Both the position numbers and the translations under genes were made by a program. The notes beneath the pieces were generated by a model, which saw only the letters and a list, made by a program, of their open reading frames with translations, did no database searches and was not told where the DNA came from. DNA of 32,000 nt from Delftia acidovorans NBRC 14950 (GTDB lineage: Bacteria; Pseudomonadota; Gammaproteobacteria; Burkholderiales; Burkholderiaceae_C), in assembly GCF_001598795.1 (NCBI RefSeq), contig NZ_BCZP01000001.1:480001-512000 (forward strand), in the 5' to 3' direction. Below are positions 16,223-24,730 of this stretch, piece by piece. Numbering within the stretch: position 1 is the first letter of the stretch; each line of letters begins with the position of its first letter.

Positions 16223-16225
16223 CCC

Positions 16226-17098
16226 ATGACTGTGCTCCGCGCCGCCCCGAAGCACCGCCCGCACCCGGCGCGCGGCGCCGGGGTGCGCGCGCTGGCGGCG
16301 CTGGGCCTGGCCCTGGCGCTGTGGGGGCTGGCGCGGCCGGCGCATGCCGATCTCTGGGCCTTCGTGGACGAGCGCGGCATCACGCACTTCGCTGCCGAGG
16401 CGCTGGACGAGCGCTACAGGCTGTACTTTCGCGGCTCGGTCTACGACAGCACCGAGCAGGGGCTCAAGCCCCCGATGGTGCAGGCCGAGGCTGCTGCCGA
16501 CGCTGACGGCAGCGGCGATGCCGGCCGCAGGCTGCAGGCGCATACGCGGCTGCAAAGCTTCTTCGACATCTCGCCGCGCTACAAGAGCGTGCGCGGCCAT
16601 CTGCGCAAGGCGGCGGACCACACGGGCGTGGACTACGACCTGCTCAAGGCCGTGATCGCCGTCGAGTCGGGCTTTGACGCGCAGGCCATCTCGCCCAAGG
16701 GGGCGGTCGGCCTGATGCAGCTGATGCCGGCCACGGCCCAGCGCTTCGGCGTGGAGGCCAGCCGCCAGCGCAGCGTGCAGCAGCAACTTGCCGATCCGGC
16801 CGTCAACGTGCCGGCCGGCGCGCGCTACCTCAACCATCTGATGGGGCTGTTCCCCGGCCGGCTGGACCTGGTGCTGGCCGCCTACAACGCAGGCGAGGGC
16901 GCCGTGCGGCGCGCGGGCCAGGCCATCCCTCCCTTCCAGGAAACCCGCAATTACGTGAAGGCCGTGCTCGGCATCTACGAGCAGCTGCAGGGCGGGCGCG
17001 AGCGCGCGGGCCCTGCAGCGCCTGCAGCAGCGGCGTTGCCGGGCACCACGCCCCGGGTGCGCATGACGCTGCCCACAGGACTGCCCACGCCGCAATGA
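16226..17098 (+). CDS. lytic transglycosylase (SLT domain) with signal peptide and DUF4124-like N-terminal segment
   Basis: SLT motifs: AVIAVESGFDAQAISPKGAVGLMQLMP and AAYNAGEGAV. The N-terminal LWAFVDERGITHFA resembles DUF4124. Starts 3 nt after the parE stop. Confidence 0.85.
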   Translation: MTVLRAAPKHRPHPARGAGVRALAALGLALALWGLARPAHADLWAFVDERGITHFAAEALDERYRLYFRGSVYDSTEQGLKPPMVQAEAAADADGSGDAGRRLQAHTRLQSFFDISPRYKSVRGHLRKAADHTGVDYDLLKAVIAVESGFDAQAISPKGAVGLMQLMPATAQRFGVEASRQRSVQQQLADPAVNVPAGARYLNHLMGLFPGRLDLVLAAYNAGEGAVRRAGQAIPPFQETRNYVKAVLGIYEQLQGGRERAGPAAPAAAALPGTTPRVRMTLPTGLPTPQ

Positions 17099-17137
17099 GC
17101 GGCATTCATTGCATTTTTTGAGATCACGAATTTCTTC

Positions 17138-19525
17138 ATGAGCGACCAAACCTCTCTGGATCTGGCACAACAGGCGGCCGGCGATGCACTGGACCTGGGC
17201 CAGTACGCGCAACGGGCCTATCTCGAATACGCACTGTCCGTGGTCAAGGGCCGGGCACTGCCCGATGTGACCGACGGCCTCAAGCCCGTGCAGCGGCGCA
17301 TTCTGTACGCCATGGACCGCATGGGCCTGAGCTACAGCGGTCCCAACCACAACACGGCGGCCAAGCCCGTCAAGAGCGCACGCGTGGTCGGCGATGTGCT
17401 GGGCCGCTTTCACCCGCACGGCGACCAGTCGGCCTACGACGCGCTGGTGCGCATGGCGCAGGACTTCAACCAGCGCTATCCGCTGGTCGATGGTCAGGGC
17501 AACTTCGGCAGCCGCGACGGCGACGGCGCAGCCGCCATGCGCTACACCGAGGCGCGCCTGTCCAAGATCACGGGCCTGCTGCTCGACGAGATCGACATGG
17601 GCACGGTGGACTTCGTGCCCAACTACGACGGCAGCACGCAGGAGCCGCAGCAACTGCCCGCGCGCCTGCCGTTCGCCCTGCTCAATGGCGCCAGCGGCAT
17701 TGCCGTGGGCCTGGCCACGGAAATCCCCAGCCACAACCTGCGCGAGGTGGCCGACGCCTGCGTGGCCCTGATCAAGCGGCCCCAGCTCAGCGACGAGGAA
17801 CTGTTCCAGATCATCCCCGGCCCCGACTATCCGGGTGGCGGGCAGATCATCAGCAGCGCCTCCGACATCCAGGACGCCTATCGCACGGGCCGTGGCAGCC
17901 TCAAGCTGCGCGCGCGCTGGAAGATCGAGGAGCTGGCGCGCGGCCAGTGGCAGATCGTGGTGACCGAGCTGCCGCCCGGCGTCTCGGCGCAGAAGGTGCT
18001 CGAAGAGATCGAGGACATCACCAATCCCAAGGTCAAGACCGGCAAGAAGGCCTTGAGCCAGGAACAGACCCAGCTCAAGGCCAGCATGCTGGCCGTGCTC
18101 GACGGCGTGCGCGACGAGTCCAGCAAGGATGCGCCGGTGCGCCTTGTCTTCGAGCCCAAGACCGGCAAGGTGCCGCAGCAGGAACTGATCACGGCACTGC
18201 TGGCGCATACCAGCCTGGAGTCGTCCAGCTCCATCAACCTGACCATGATCGGCCTGGATGGCCGCCCGGTGCAGAAAAGCCTGCGCCTGATGCTCGAGGA
18301 ATGGATCGCCTTCCGCCAGACCACGGTCACGCGGCGCAGCCAGCACCGGCTGGCCAAGGTGCTGGACCGCATCCACATCCTCGAAGGCCGCCAGGCCGTG
18401 CTGCTGAACATCGACAAGGTCATCGCCATCATCCGGGCCAGCGACGAGCCCAGGCAGGCGCTGATCGATGCCTTTGCGCTGTCCGAGCGCCAGGCCGACG
18501 ACATTCTTGAAATCCGCCTGCGCCAGCTGGCGCGGCTGGAGGCCATCAAGATCGAGCAGGAACTCAAGGAGCTGCGCACGGAGCAAGGCAAGCTCGAAGA
18601 CATCCTGGGCAGCGAAAGCACCATGCGCCGCCTGATCTGCAAGGAGATCGAGGCCGATGCCAAGCAGTTCGCCGATGCGCGCCGCACACTGATCCAGGAG
18701 GAAAAGAAGGTCGTCGCCGAAGTCAAGGTGGTCGATGAACCCACCACGGTCATCATCTCGGACAAGGGCTGGGTGCGCACGCGCCAGGGCCATGGCGTCG
18801 ATGCGGGCACGCTGAGCTTCAAGGCCGGCGATAGCCTGCACGGCACCTTCGAGTGCCGCACCGTGGACCAGTTGCTGGCCTTTGGCAGCAACGGCCGCAT
18901 CTATTCGGTGCCGGTGGCCCAACTGCCCGGCGGGCGCGGCGATGGCCAGCCCGTGACCACGCTCATCGAGCTGGAGGCCGGCACCCAGATCCTGTACTAC
19001 TTCGCCGGTGCCGAGGGCACGGCGCTGCTGCTGTCGGGGTCGGGTGGCTACGGCTTCGTGGCCATGGTGAGCGACATGGTCTCGCGCCAGAAGGCGGGCA
19101 AGGCCTTCGTCACGCTTGCCGATGGCGAGACGCTGTGCGCCCCGTCCACGGCCTACGGCGTGCCCATGGGCGCACGTGCCGAGCCGCAGGAAGGCGAGCA
19201 GGGCGCGGGCCTGCTGCTGCCGGCCACGCATGTGATCTGCGCTTCCACGGGTGGCCGCATCCTCACCTTCGAGATCGCCAGCCTCAAGCACATGGCCAAG
19301 GGCGGTCGCGGGCTGATGCTGCTCGATCTGGAGGACAAGGACACGCTGGCGGGCGCTGCCGCCTACACGCGCAGCATCCGCATCGATGGCCTGGGCCGCG
19401 GCGGCAAGGAGCGCAGCGAGACGCTGGAGATCCGCAGTCTCAACAATGCCCGTGGCACGCGCGGCCGCAAGGGCAAGTCGGCCGACCTGGGCTTCAAGCC
19501 GCAAAGCGTGACGCGCGTGGAGTAA
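17138..19525 (+). CDS. parC: DNA topoisomerase IV subunit A
   Basis: [41 protein letters not shown], active-site [10 protein letters not shown]. 795 aa (shorter than GyrA). Confidence 0.94.
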   Translation: MSDQTSLDLAQQAAGDALDLGQYAQRAYLEYALSVVKGRALPDVTDGLKPVQRRILYAMDRMGLSYSGPNHNTAAKPVKSARVVGDVLGRFHPHGDQSAYDALVRMAQDFNQRYPLVDGQGNFGSRDGDGAAAMRYTEARLSKITGLLLDEIDMGTVDFVPNYDGSTQEPQQLPARLPFALLNGASGIAVGLATEIPSHNLREVADACVALIKRPQLSDEELFQIIPGPDYPGGGQIISSASDIQDAYRTGRGSLKLRARWKIEELARGQWQIVVTELPPGVSAQKVLEEIEDITNPKVKTGKKALSQEQTQLKASMLAVLDGVRDESSKDAPVRLVFEPKTGKVPQQELITALLAHTSLESSSSINLTMIGLDGRPVQKSLRLMLEEWIAFRQTTVTRRSQHRLAKVLDRIHILEGRQAVLLNIDKVIAIIRASDEPRQALIDAFALSERQADDILEIRLRQLARLEAIKIEQELKELRTEQGKLEDILGSESTMRRLICKEIEADAKQFADARRTLIQEEKKVVAEVKVVDEPTTVIISDKGWVRTRQGHGVDAGTLSFKAGDSLHGTFECRTVDQLLAFGSNGRIYSVPVAQLPGGRGDGQPVTTLIELEAGTQILYYFAGAEGTALLLSGSGGYGFVAMVSDMVSRQKAGKAFVTLADGETLCAPSTAYGVPMGARAEPQEGEQGAGLLLPATHVICASTGGRILTFEIASLKHMAKGGRGLMLLDLEDKDTLAGAAAYTRSIRIDGLGRGGKERSETLEIRSLNNARGTRGRKGKSADLGFKPQSVTRVE

Positions 19526-19568
19526 GAGCGCGGCTGCCCCTGCAATGCCCTCCGCGAAAGGGGCGGAT

Positions 19569-19590
19569 CAGGGGTTTCCTCTGGGTTTTT
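19569..19590 (+). terminator. possible terminator of parC
   Basis: CAGGGG-ttt-CCTCTG followed by GGTTTTT, nested inside an outer GGGCGGA/TCCGCCC stem (19561-19596). Confidence 0.4.
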
Positions 19591-19652
19591 CCGCCCACCA
19601 GGCCCTCTTCCAGGCCTCAACATGGAGTCTTCCAAAATGAGGGAGACTGGAT

Positions 19653-21422
19653 ATGCTGCGACTTCGCATGGCACACAAGCTGTGGCTTGCAGTGGCCGCC
19701 ATCGTGGTGGCGCTGGTGGGCGTGGTCGGCTTGTCGGGCTATCGCTCGGCCCAGGTCCAGGCCCGGTCCGAGGCGGTGACCCAGGAGATGCAGGCGCGGG
19801 TCCAGGCCGCCGTGCGCTGGATGGGGCTGACTGAAACCAACGCAGCCCGCACCCAGGCCGTGGTGGTCAGCAGTGATGCCGCCGTCGAGGCCGAGTTCAA
19901 GGACGTGATCTCCGCCACCTCGGCGCGGATCACCGAGGTGCAGAAATCGCTGGAAGCCATGCCCCTGTCCGACGCAGACAAGGCGCAGATGGCCAGGATT
20001 GCGGCAGCCCGCAAGACCATGATCGAACTGCGTGCCCAGGCACGCCAGCTCAAGGCCGACGGCCGGCAGGACCAGGCGTTGGTCCTGGTCAAGCAGTCCT
20101 ACAACCCCGCCGTGGATGCCTACCTGCAGTCGCTGCGCGACTTCGTGCAGATGCAGGAGCAGGTGGCGCGCAGCAGCCAGCAAGAGACGGCAGCCTCGCG
20201 CAGGCTCACCGTGGGCTTTGCCGCTGCGGCCGTGGGCGTGCTGCTGCTGGGCATCGTCATCGGCGCCCATTTCCTGATTGCCAGCATCCGCCGGCCCCTG
20301 GCCGAGGCCAGCGAACTGGCCGAACGCATTGCCGCAGGCGACCTGAGCGCAGGCGTGCAGGGACAGGCGCAGCGTGCTGATGAATTCGGCGACCTGCTGC
20401 GCTCGCTGCAGGCCATGAGCGAATCGCTGTCGGGCATGGTGCAGCAGGTGCGCCAGAGCACGGACAGCATCGCCATCGCCAGCGCCGAGATCGCCACCGG
20501 CAACCAGGACCTGTCCGTGCGCACCGAGCAGACCTCCAGCAACCTGCAGGAGACGGCTGCCGCCATGGAGCAGTTCACCAGCACGCTGCAGCAAAGCGCC
20601 AGCAGTGCGCAGCAGGCCAGCAGCCTGGCGGCGGGTGCGTCACAGGTGGCGCAGCGCGGCGGCGAGGTCGTGGCCCGGGTGGTCGAGACCATGAAGGGCA
20701 TCAACGACAGCAGCAGGCAGATTGCCGACATCGTGGGCGTCATCGACTCCATTGCCTTCCAGACCAACATCCTGGCGCTGAACGCCGCCGTGGAGGCGGC
20801 CCGCGCCGGCGAGCAGGGCCGGGGCTTTGCCGTGGTGGCCAGCGAGGTGCGCACGCTGGCACAGCGCAGCGCGGCGGCTGCCAAGGAAATCCGCCAGCTC
20901 ATCGGCGCCTCGGTGGAGCGGGTGGAGGACGGCGCCCGCCTGGTGGGCGACGCGGGCACCACCATGGAGGGCATCGTGCAGTCCGTGCAGCGCGTGGCCG
21001 ACACCATCGGCGAGATCACGGCGGCCTCTTCGGAGCAAAGCGCGGGCGTGGCCCAGGTCAACCAGGCTGTGGGACAGCTGGACCAGATGACGCAGCAGAA
21101 CGCGGCCCTGGTCGAGCAAAGCGCGGCTGCAGCGCAAAGCCTGCGGGAGCAGGCCGAGCAGCTGTCGCGCACGGTGGCGGTGTTCAAGGTGGCGCACCTG
21201 GCGCCTTCGCCGACGACGCTCGCAAGGCAGGCTGCGCCGGCGGTGCGCACTGCGCACAGCGCTGCCGCAGCGCCAAGGCGGCCGGCAGCAGCCGTGGCGC
21301 CTGCGGCTGCCGGGCCGGTTGCCGCGCGGCCTGCCGCCGCAAGGGCGGCGGCGCCCAAGCTGGCCTCGGCACCCCGGCCTGCCGCACCGGCAGCCGAGGA
21401 TGGCCAATGGGAGAGTTTCTAG
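19653..21422 (+). CDS. methyl-accepting chemotaxis protein (4-helix-bundle-type sensor, HAMP, signalling domain, C-terminal xWxxF pentapeptide)
   Basis: GGGAGA Shine-Dalgarno. TM1 LWLAVAAIVVALVGVVGL. Highly conserved hairpin tip IAFQTNILALNAAVEAARAGEQGRGFAVVASEVR.LA. Ends in QWESF. Confidence 0.92.
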   Translation: MLRLRMAHKLWLAVAAIVVALVGVVGLSGYRSAQVQARSEAVTQEMQARVQAAVRWMGLTETNAARTQAVVVSSDAAVEAEFKDVISATSARITEVQKSLEAMPLSDADKAQMARIAAARKTMIELRAQARQLKADGRQDQALVLVKQSYNPAVDAYLQSLRDFVQMQEQVARSSQQETAASRRLTVGFAAAAVGVLLLGIVIGAHFLIASIRRPLAEASELAERIAAGDLSAGVQGQAQRADEFGDLLRSLQAMSESLSGMVQQVRQSTDSIAIASAEIATGNQDLSVRTEQTSSNLQETAAAMEQFTSTLQQSASSAQQASSLAAGASQVAQRGGEVVARVVETMKGINDSSRQIADIVGVIDSIAFQTNILALNAAVEAARAGEQGRGFAVVASEVRTLAQRSAAAAKEIRQLIGASVERVEDGARLVGDAGTTMEGIVQSVQRVADTIGEITAASSEQSAGVAQVNQAVGQLDQMTQQNAALVEQSAAAAQSLREQAEQLSRTVAVFKVAHLAPSPTTLARQAAPAVRTAHSAAAAPRRPAAAVAPAAAGPVAARPAAARAAAPKLASAPRPAAPAAEDGQWESF

Positions 21423-21465
21423 CCGCCTGCGAGCACGGCGGCGCCGTGCGGCGGCATGCTGCCGA

Positions 21466-21924
21466 TCAGGCCAGTTCGGCGATCAGCTCGATTTCCACGC
21501 AGGAGCCCAGCGGGATCTGGGCCACGCCGAAGGCGCTGCGCGCATGCGTGCCGGCATCGCCGAAGACCTGGCCCAGCAGCTCGCTGCAGCCGTTGGCCAC
21601 CAGGTGCTGCTCGGTGTAGTCGCCCGTGGAGTTGACCAGGCACATCAGCTTGACGATGCGGCGCACGCGGCCCAGGTCGCCGCCGGCGGCATGCTGCAGC
21701 GTGCCCATCAGGTCGATGGCGATGGCGCGCGCGGCCTGCTGGCCGTCGGCAGTCTGCAGATCACGGCCCAGCTGGCCGGCCCAGACCTTGCCGTCCTTGC
21801 GCGCGATATGGCCGCTCAGGAACACCAGATTGCCCGTCTGCACATAGGGCACGTAGGCCGCCGCCGGGATGGCAGGCGACGGCAGTTCGATGTTCAGGGC
21901 CTTCAGTTGTTCGTAAACGCTCAT
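21466..21924 (-). CDS. RidA/YjgF-family protein
   Basis: GAAGGAA Shine-Dalgarno. 152 aa. Typical motifs: GNLVFLSGHIA and the C-terminal AR.AFGVAQIPLGSCVEIE. Confidence 0.88.
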   Translation of the reverse strand: MSVYEQLKALNIELPSPAIPAAAYVPYVQTGNLVFLSGHIARKDGKVWAGQLGRDLQTADGQQAARAIAIDLMGTLQHAAGGDLGRVRRIVKLMCLVNSTGDYTEQHLVANGCSELLGQVFGDAGTHARSAFGVAQIPLGSCVEIELIAELA

Positions 21925-21951
21925 CGTTGATTCCTTCGAGACAAGAAAAAT

Positions 21952-21967
21952 CCGGCACCAGTGCCGG
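21952..21967 (-). other. hairpin (CCGGCAC-tg-GTGCCGG) followed by ATTTTTCTTGT in the ridA 5' region
   Basis: Read on the minus strand. The U-run ends about 16 nt before the ridA Shine-Dalgarno. The form is terminator- or attenuator-like. Confidence 0.35.
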
Positions 21968-22097
21968 GGTGGCGGACAGTGTGACACAGCCCCTTGCACC
22001 CTGGCTTGTCAGGGCCTGGGCTTCCGCCAGTCTGATTGTTGTCTGAATCCGAGGCGCTGCATGGTGGCTGCGCGGCATCCGCTCCTAGCATGTGTGG

Positions 22098-24587
22098 ATG
22101 CACCCTGCGGCACCTGCCCAAACCCTCTCGCCGTCTTCCTGGACGCCCCTGCTGCTCGGCTGCGTGGCCGGTGCGGCCTGGCAGGTCACGCAGCCGCGCC
22201 TGTGGCCGCTGTGGATGTATCTGCTCTTGGCGGGCATGGGGCTGGCAGGCCTGGCATGGAGGGCATGGGCAGGCCGGCGGGGCCGTGGTGTGCACCGCCT
22301 GTGGGCCGCTGTCTGCGCTGCCTTGCTGGTGGGCGGGTTGACCGGCTGGCGGGCTCAGGACTTTGCGGGCCAGGCGCTGTCTGCGCCGTTGGAGGGGCGT
22401 GACCTGCGCATCGTCGGCGTCGTGGCATCGCTTCCCCAGAACATGGCCCAGGGCATGCGCTGGCGCATGGAGGTGGAGCAGGCTCGGATCGTCGGCAGCG
22501 AAGAGGTCTTGGCGCCGTTTCCTGCACTGATCGAACTGTCATGGTATGCCCCCCGGGGCCGGCAGTCCAGGGGTATTGCCATGCTGCCCGATCTGCGGCC
22601 GGGCCAGCGCTGGGCGCTGACCGTGCGGCTCAAGCGCCCGCATGGCGCGCGCAATCCCCATGGTTTCGACTATGAGCTGTGGCAGTGGGAGCAGGGCGTG
22701 CAGGCCACGGGCCATGTGCGCGAACAGCCCGCTGCACGCCAACTGGCCGACACCGGCAGCCATGCCCTGCAGCGCTGGCGCCAGCAGATGCGCGATGCCA
22801 TCTTGGGTCGCACAGCCGCGCTTGCGGCATCCCTGCAGCGCATCGGCCTGGACCCTGCCCATGCGCCGCGCATGCTGGGTGTGGTGGCCGCCCTGGCCAT
22901 GGGCGATCAGCAGGCCATTGCGCGGGATGACTGGGCGCTGTTCCGGCATACCGGCGTGGCCCATCTGATGAGCATTTCCGGCCTGCACATCACCTTGTTC
23001 GCCTGGCTGGCAGCCCTGGTGGTGGGGCGGCTTTGGCGCTGCAGCGCACGAGCCTGCCTGTGGTGCCCTGCGCCGCAGGCGGCCCTGCTGGCCGGCGTGC
23101 TGCTGGCGGGTGGCTATGCGCTGTTCAGCGGCTGGGGCCTGCCGGCACAGCGCACCGTCTGCATGCTGGCCAGCGTGGCTGCGTTGCGCGGCGCCGGACT
23201 GCGCTGGCCCTGGCCCGCCGTGTGGTGCCTGGCGCTGGCCGTGGTCGTGGTGCTGGACCCCTGGGCCCTGTGGCAGGCCGGCTTCTGGCTGAGCTTTGTG
23301 GCCGTGGGCGTGCTGCTGGCCACCGATGCGCGCATGCAGGGCGCGCAGCGGCCTTCGCTGCCTGCCCGTGCGCTGGCCTTGTGGGGCGAGCAATGGCGCA
23401 TCTCGCTGGCGCTGGCGCCGCTGGGACTGATGCTGTTCGGCCAGCTGTCGCTGTCGGGGCTGCTGGCCAATCTGGCGGCCATTCCCTGGGTGACCTTCGT
23501 GGTCACGCCGCTGGCCCTGCTGGGGGCCTTGTGGCCTCCCTTGTGGACAGGCGCGGCGCTGGCGCTGGCCCCGCTGCTGGAGCTGCTGCAATGGCTGGAC
23601 CAGTGGGCATGGGCCGTGGTGCAACTGCCGCAGCCGCCGCTGTGGGCAGGGCTGGCTGCGCTGTGCGGTGGCCTGGCGCTGGTGGCTCCGGTGCCTGCCG
23701 GATGGCGCTGCTGGGGCCTGGCCATGTGCCTGCCGGCCCTGTGGTGGCCGTCGCCAGCACCGGCGCATGGCGAGTTCGATCTGATGGCCGTGGACATAGG
23801 CCAGGGCAATGCCGTGCTGGTGCGCACGGCGCGGCATGCCTTGCTGTATGACACGGGGCCGCAGTACGGCATGGACAGCAATGCCGGCGACCGGGTGCTG
23901 GTGCCGCTGTTGCAGGCTCTGGGTCTGAGGCTGGATGCCCTGTGGCTCAGCCACCGCGACAATGACCACACGGGCGGTGCATTGGCCGTGCATGCCGCGC
24001 AGCCGCAGGCGGAGGTCTGGGGATCGGATTCCGTGATCCTCGACCCTGCGCTGGCCGGTCTGGGCGCTGTGCGCCGCTGCCAGGCGGGCCAGCACTGGGA
24101 ATGGGATGGCGTGCGGCTGGAGGTGCTGCATCCGTCTGCCGGCGAACGGTTGCCCTCCGCACGGGCGCTGGCCCATGCCAATGCGGGCAGCTGCGTGCTG
24201 TTGCTGCGCTCGGCATCTGGCGTGCAGGCCTTGCTGGCCGGTGACATCGAGGCTGGGCAGGAGCGGTCACTGGCAAGGGCCGGCGCCCTCACGCCCGTGC
24301 AGTGGCTGCTGGTGCCCCACCACGGCAGCCGCACTTCATCGAGCACCGCCCTGGTGCAGGCCCTGGCACCGCGCTGGGCCATGGTGCAGGCGGGATATCG
24401 CAGCCGTTATGGCCATCCTGTCCCCGAGGTGGTGCGTCGCTATGAGGCCCATGGCGCCGGCGTGGTGCAGTCGGCCCGCTGCGGCGCGGCTCACTGGCGC
24501 TCTTCGGACCCCGTGCACCTGGTCTGCGAGCGGGAAAGGGCGCGCCGCTATTGGGATGTGCACGTCACGCAGGGGCAGGGCGGATAG
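22098..24587 (+). CDS. comEC: DNA internalization-related competence protein ComEC/Rec2 (membrane competence domain + metallo-beta-lactamase domain)
   Basis: Polytopic membrane core with GVAHLMSISGLHIT, and C-terminal MBL-like DIGQGNAVLV...HRDNDHTGG...VPHHGS. In-frame TAG at 22086. Start is GTG at 22092 or ATG at 22098. Confidence 0.88.
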   Translation: MHPAAPAQTLSPSSWTPLLLGCVAGAAWQVTQPRLWPLWMYLLLAGMGLAGLAWRAWAGRRGRGVHRLWAAVCAALLVGGLTGWRAQDFAGQALSAPLEGRDLRIVGVVASLPQNMAQGMRWRMEVEQARIVGSEEVLAPFPALIELSWYAPRGRQSRGIAMLPDLRPGQRWALTVRLKRPHGARNPHGFDYELWQWEQGVQATGHVREQPAARQLADTGSHALQRWRQQMRDAILGRTAALAASLQRIGLDPAHAPRMLGVVAALAMGDQQAIARDDWALFRHTGVAHLMSISGLHITLFAWLAALVVGRLWRCSARACLWCPAPQAALLAGVLLAGGYALFSGWGLPAQRTVCMLASVAALRGAGLRWPWPAVWCLALAVVVVLDPWALWQAGFWLSFVAVGVLLATDARMQGAQRPSLPARALALWGEQWRISLALAPLGLMLFGQLSLSGLLANLAAIPWVTFVVTPLALLGALWPPLWTGAALALAPLLELLQWLDQWAWAVVQLPQPPLWAGLAALCGGLALVAPVPAGWRCWGLAMCLPALWWPSPAPAHGEFDLMAVDIGQGNAVLVRTARHALLYDTGPQYGMDSNAGDRVLVPLLQALGLRLDALWLSHRDNDHTGGALAVHAAQPQAEVWGSDSVILDPALAGLGAVRRCQAGQHWEWDGVRLEVLHPSAGERLPSARALAHANAGSCVLLLRSASGVQALLAGDIEAGQERSLARAGALTPVQWLLVPHHGSRTSSSTALVQALAPRWAMVQAGYRSRYGHPVPEVVRRYEAHGAGVVQSARCGAAHWRSSDPVHLVCERERARRYWDVHVTQGQGG

Positions 24588-24730
24588 GGCGTGCGCCGAT
24601 GGCGGAACAGGATGCATATGCTGGATACCGCTTGTCCGGATTGAGGTTACCTATCGCTACACTGGTGCGATACGAGGGCTGGCCCGTAGCTTGCTAGACC
24701 CCGTACACATGCAGCGACAGGAGGTGACGA

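Noticed and set aside
14225-19504. A 1759-aa ORF on the minus strand spanning parE, the SLT gene and parC, the longest ORF in the window
   Set aside because: It is the codon-aligned antisense frame of three well-supported plus-strand genes that all share one frame (starts 14240, 16226 and 17138 are each 2 mod 3). Stops in that antisense frame can arise only from sense codons TTA, CTA or TCA. These are nearly absent in a GC3-rich genome, so a stop-free run is expected by chance. The translation is Arg/Ala/Gly/His/Leu-rich with no recognisable domain, RBS or family resemblance.
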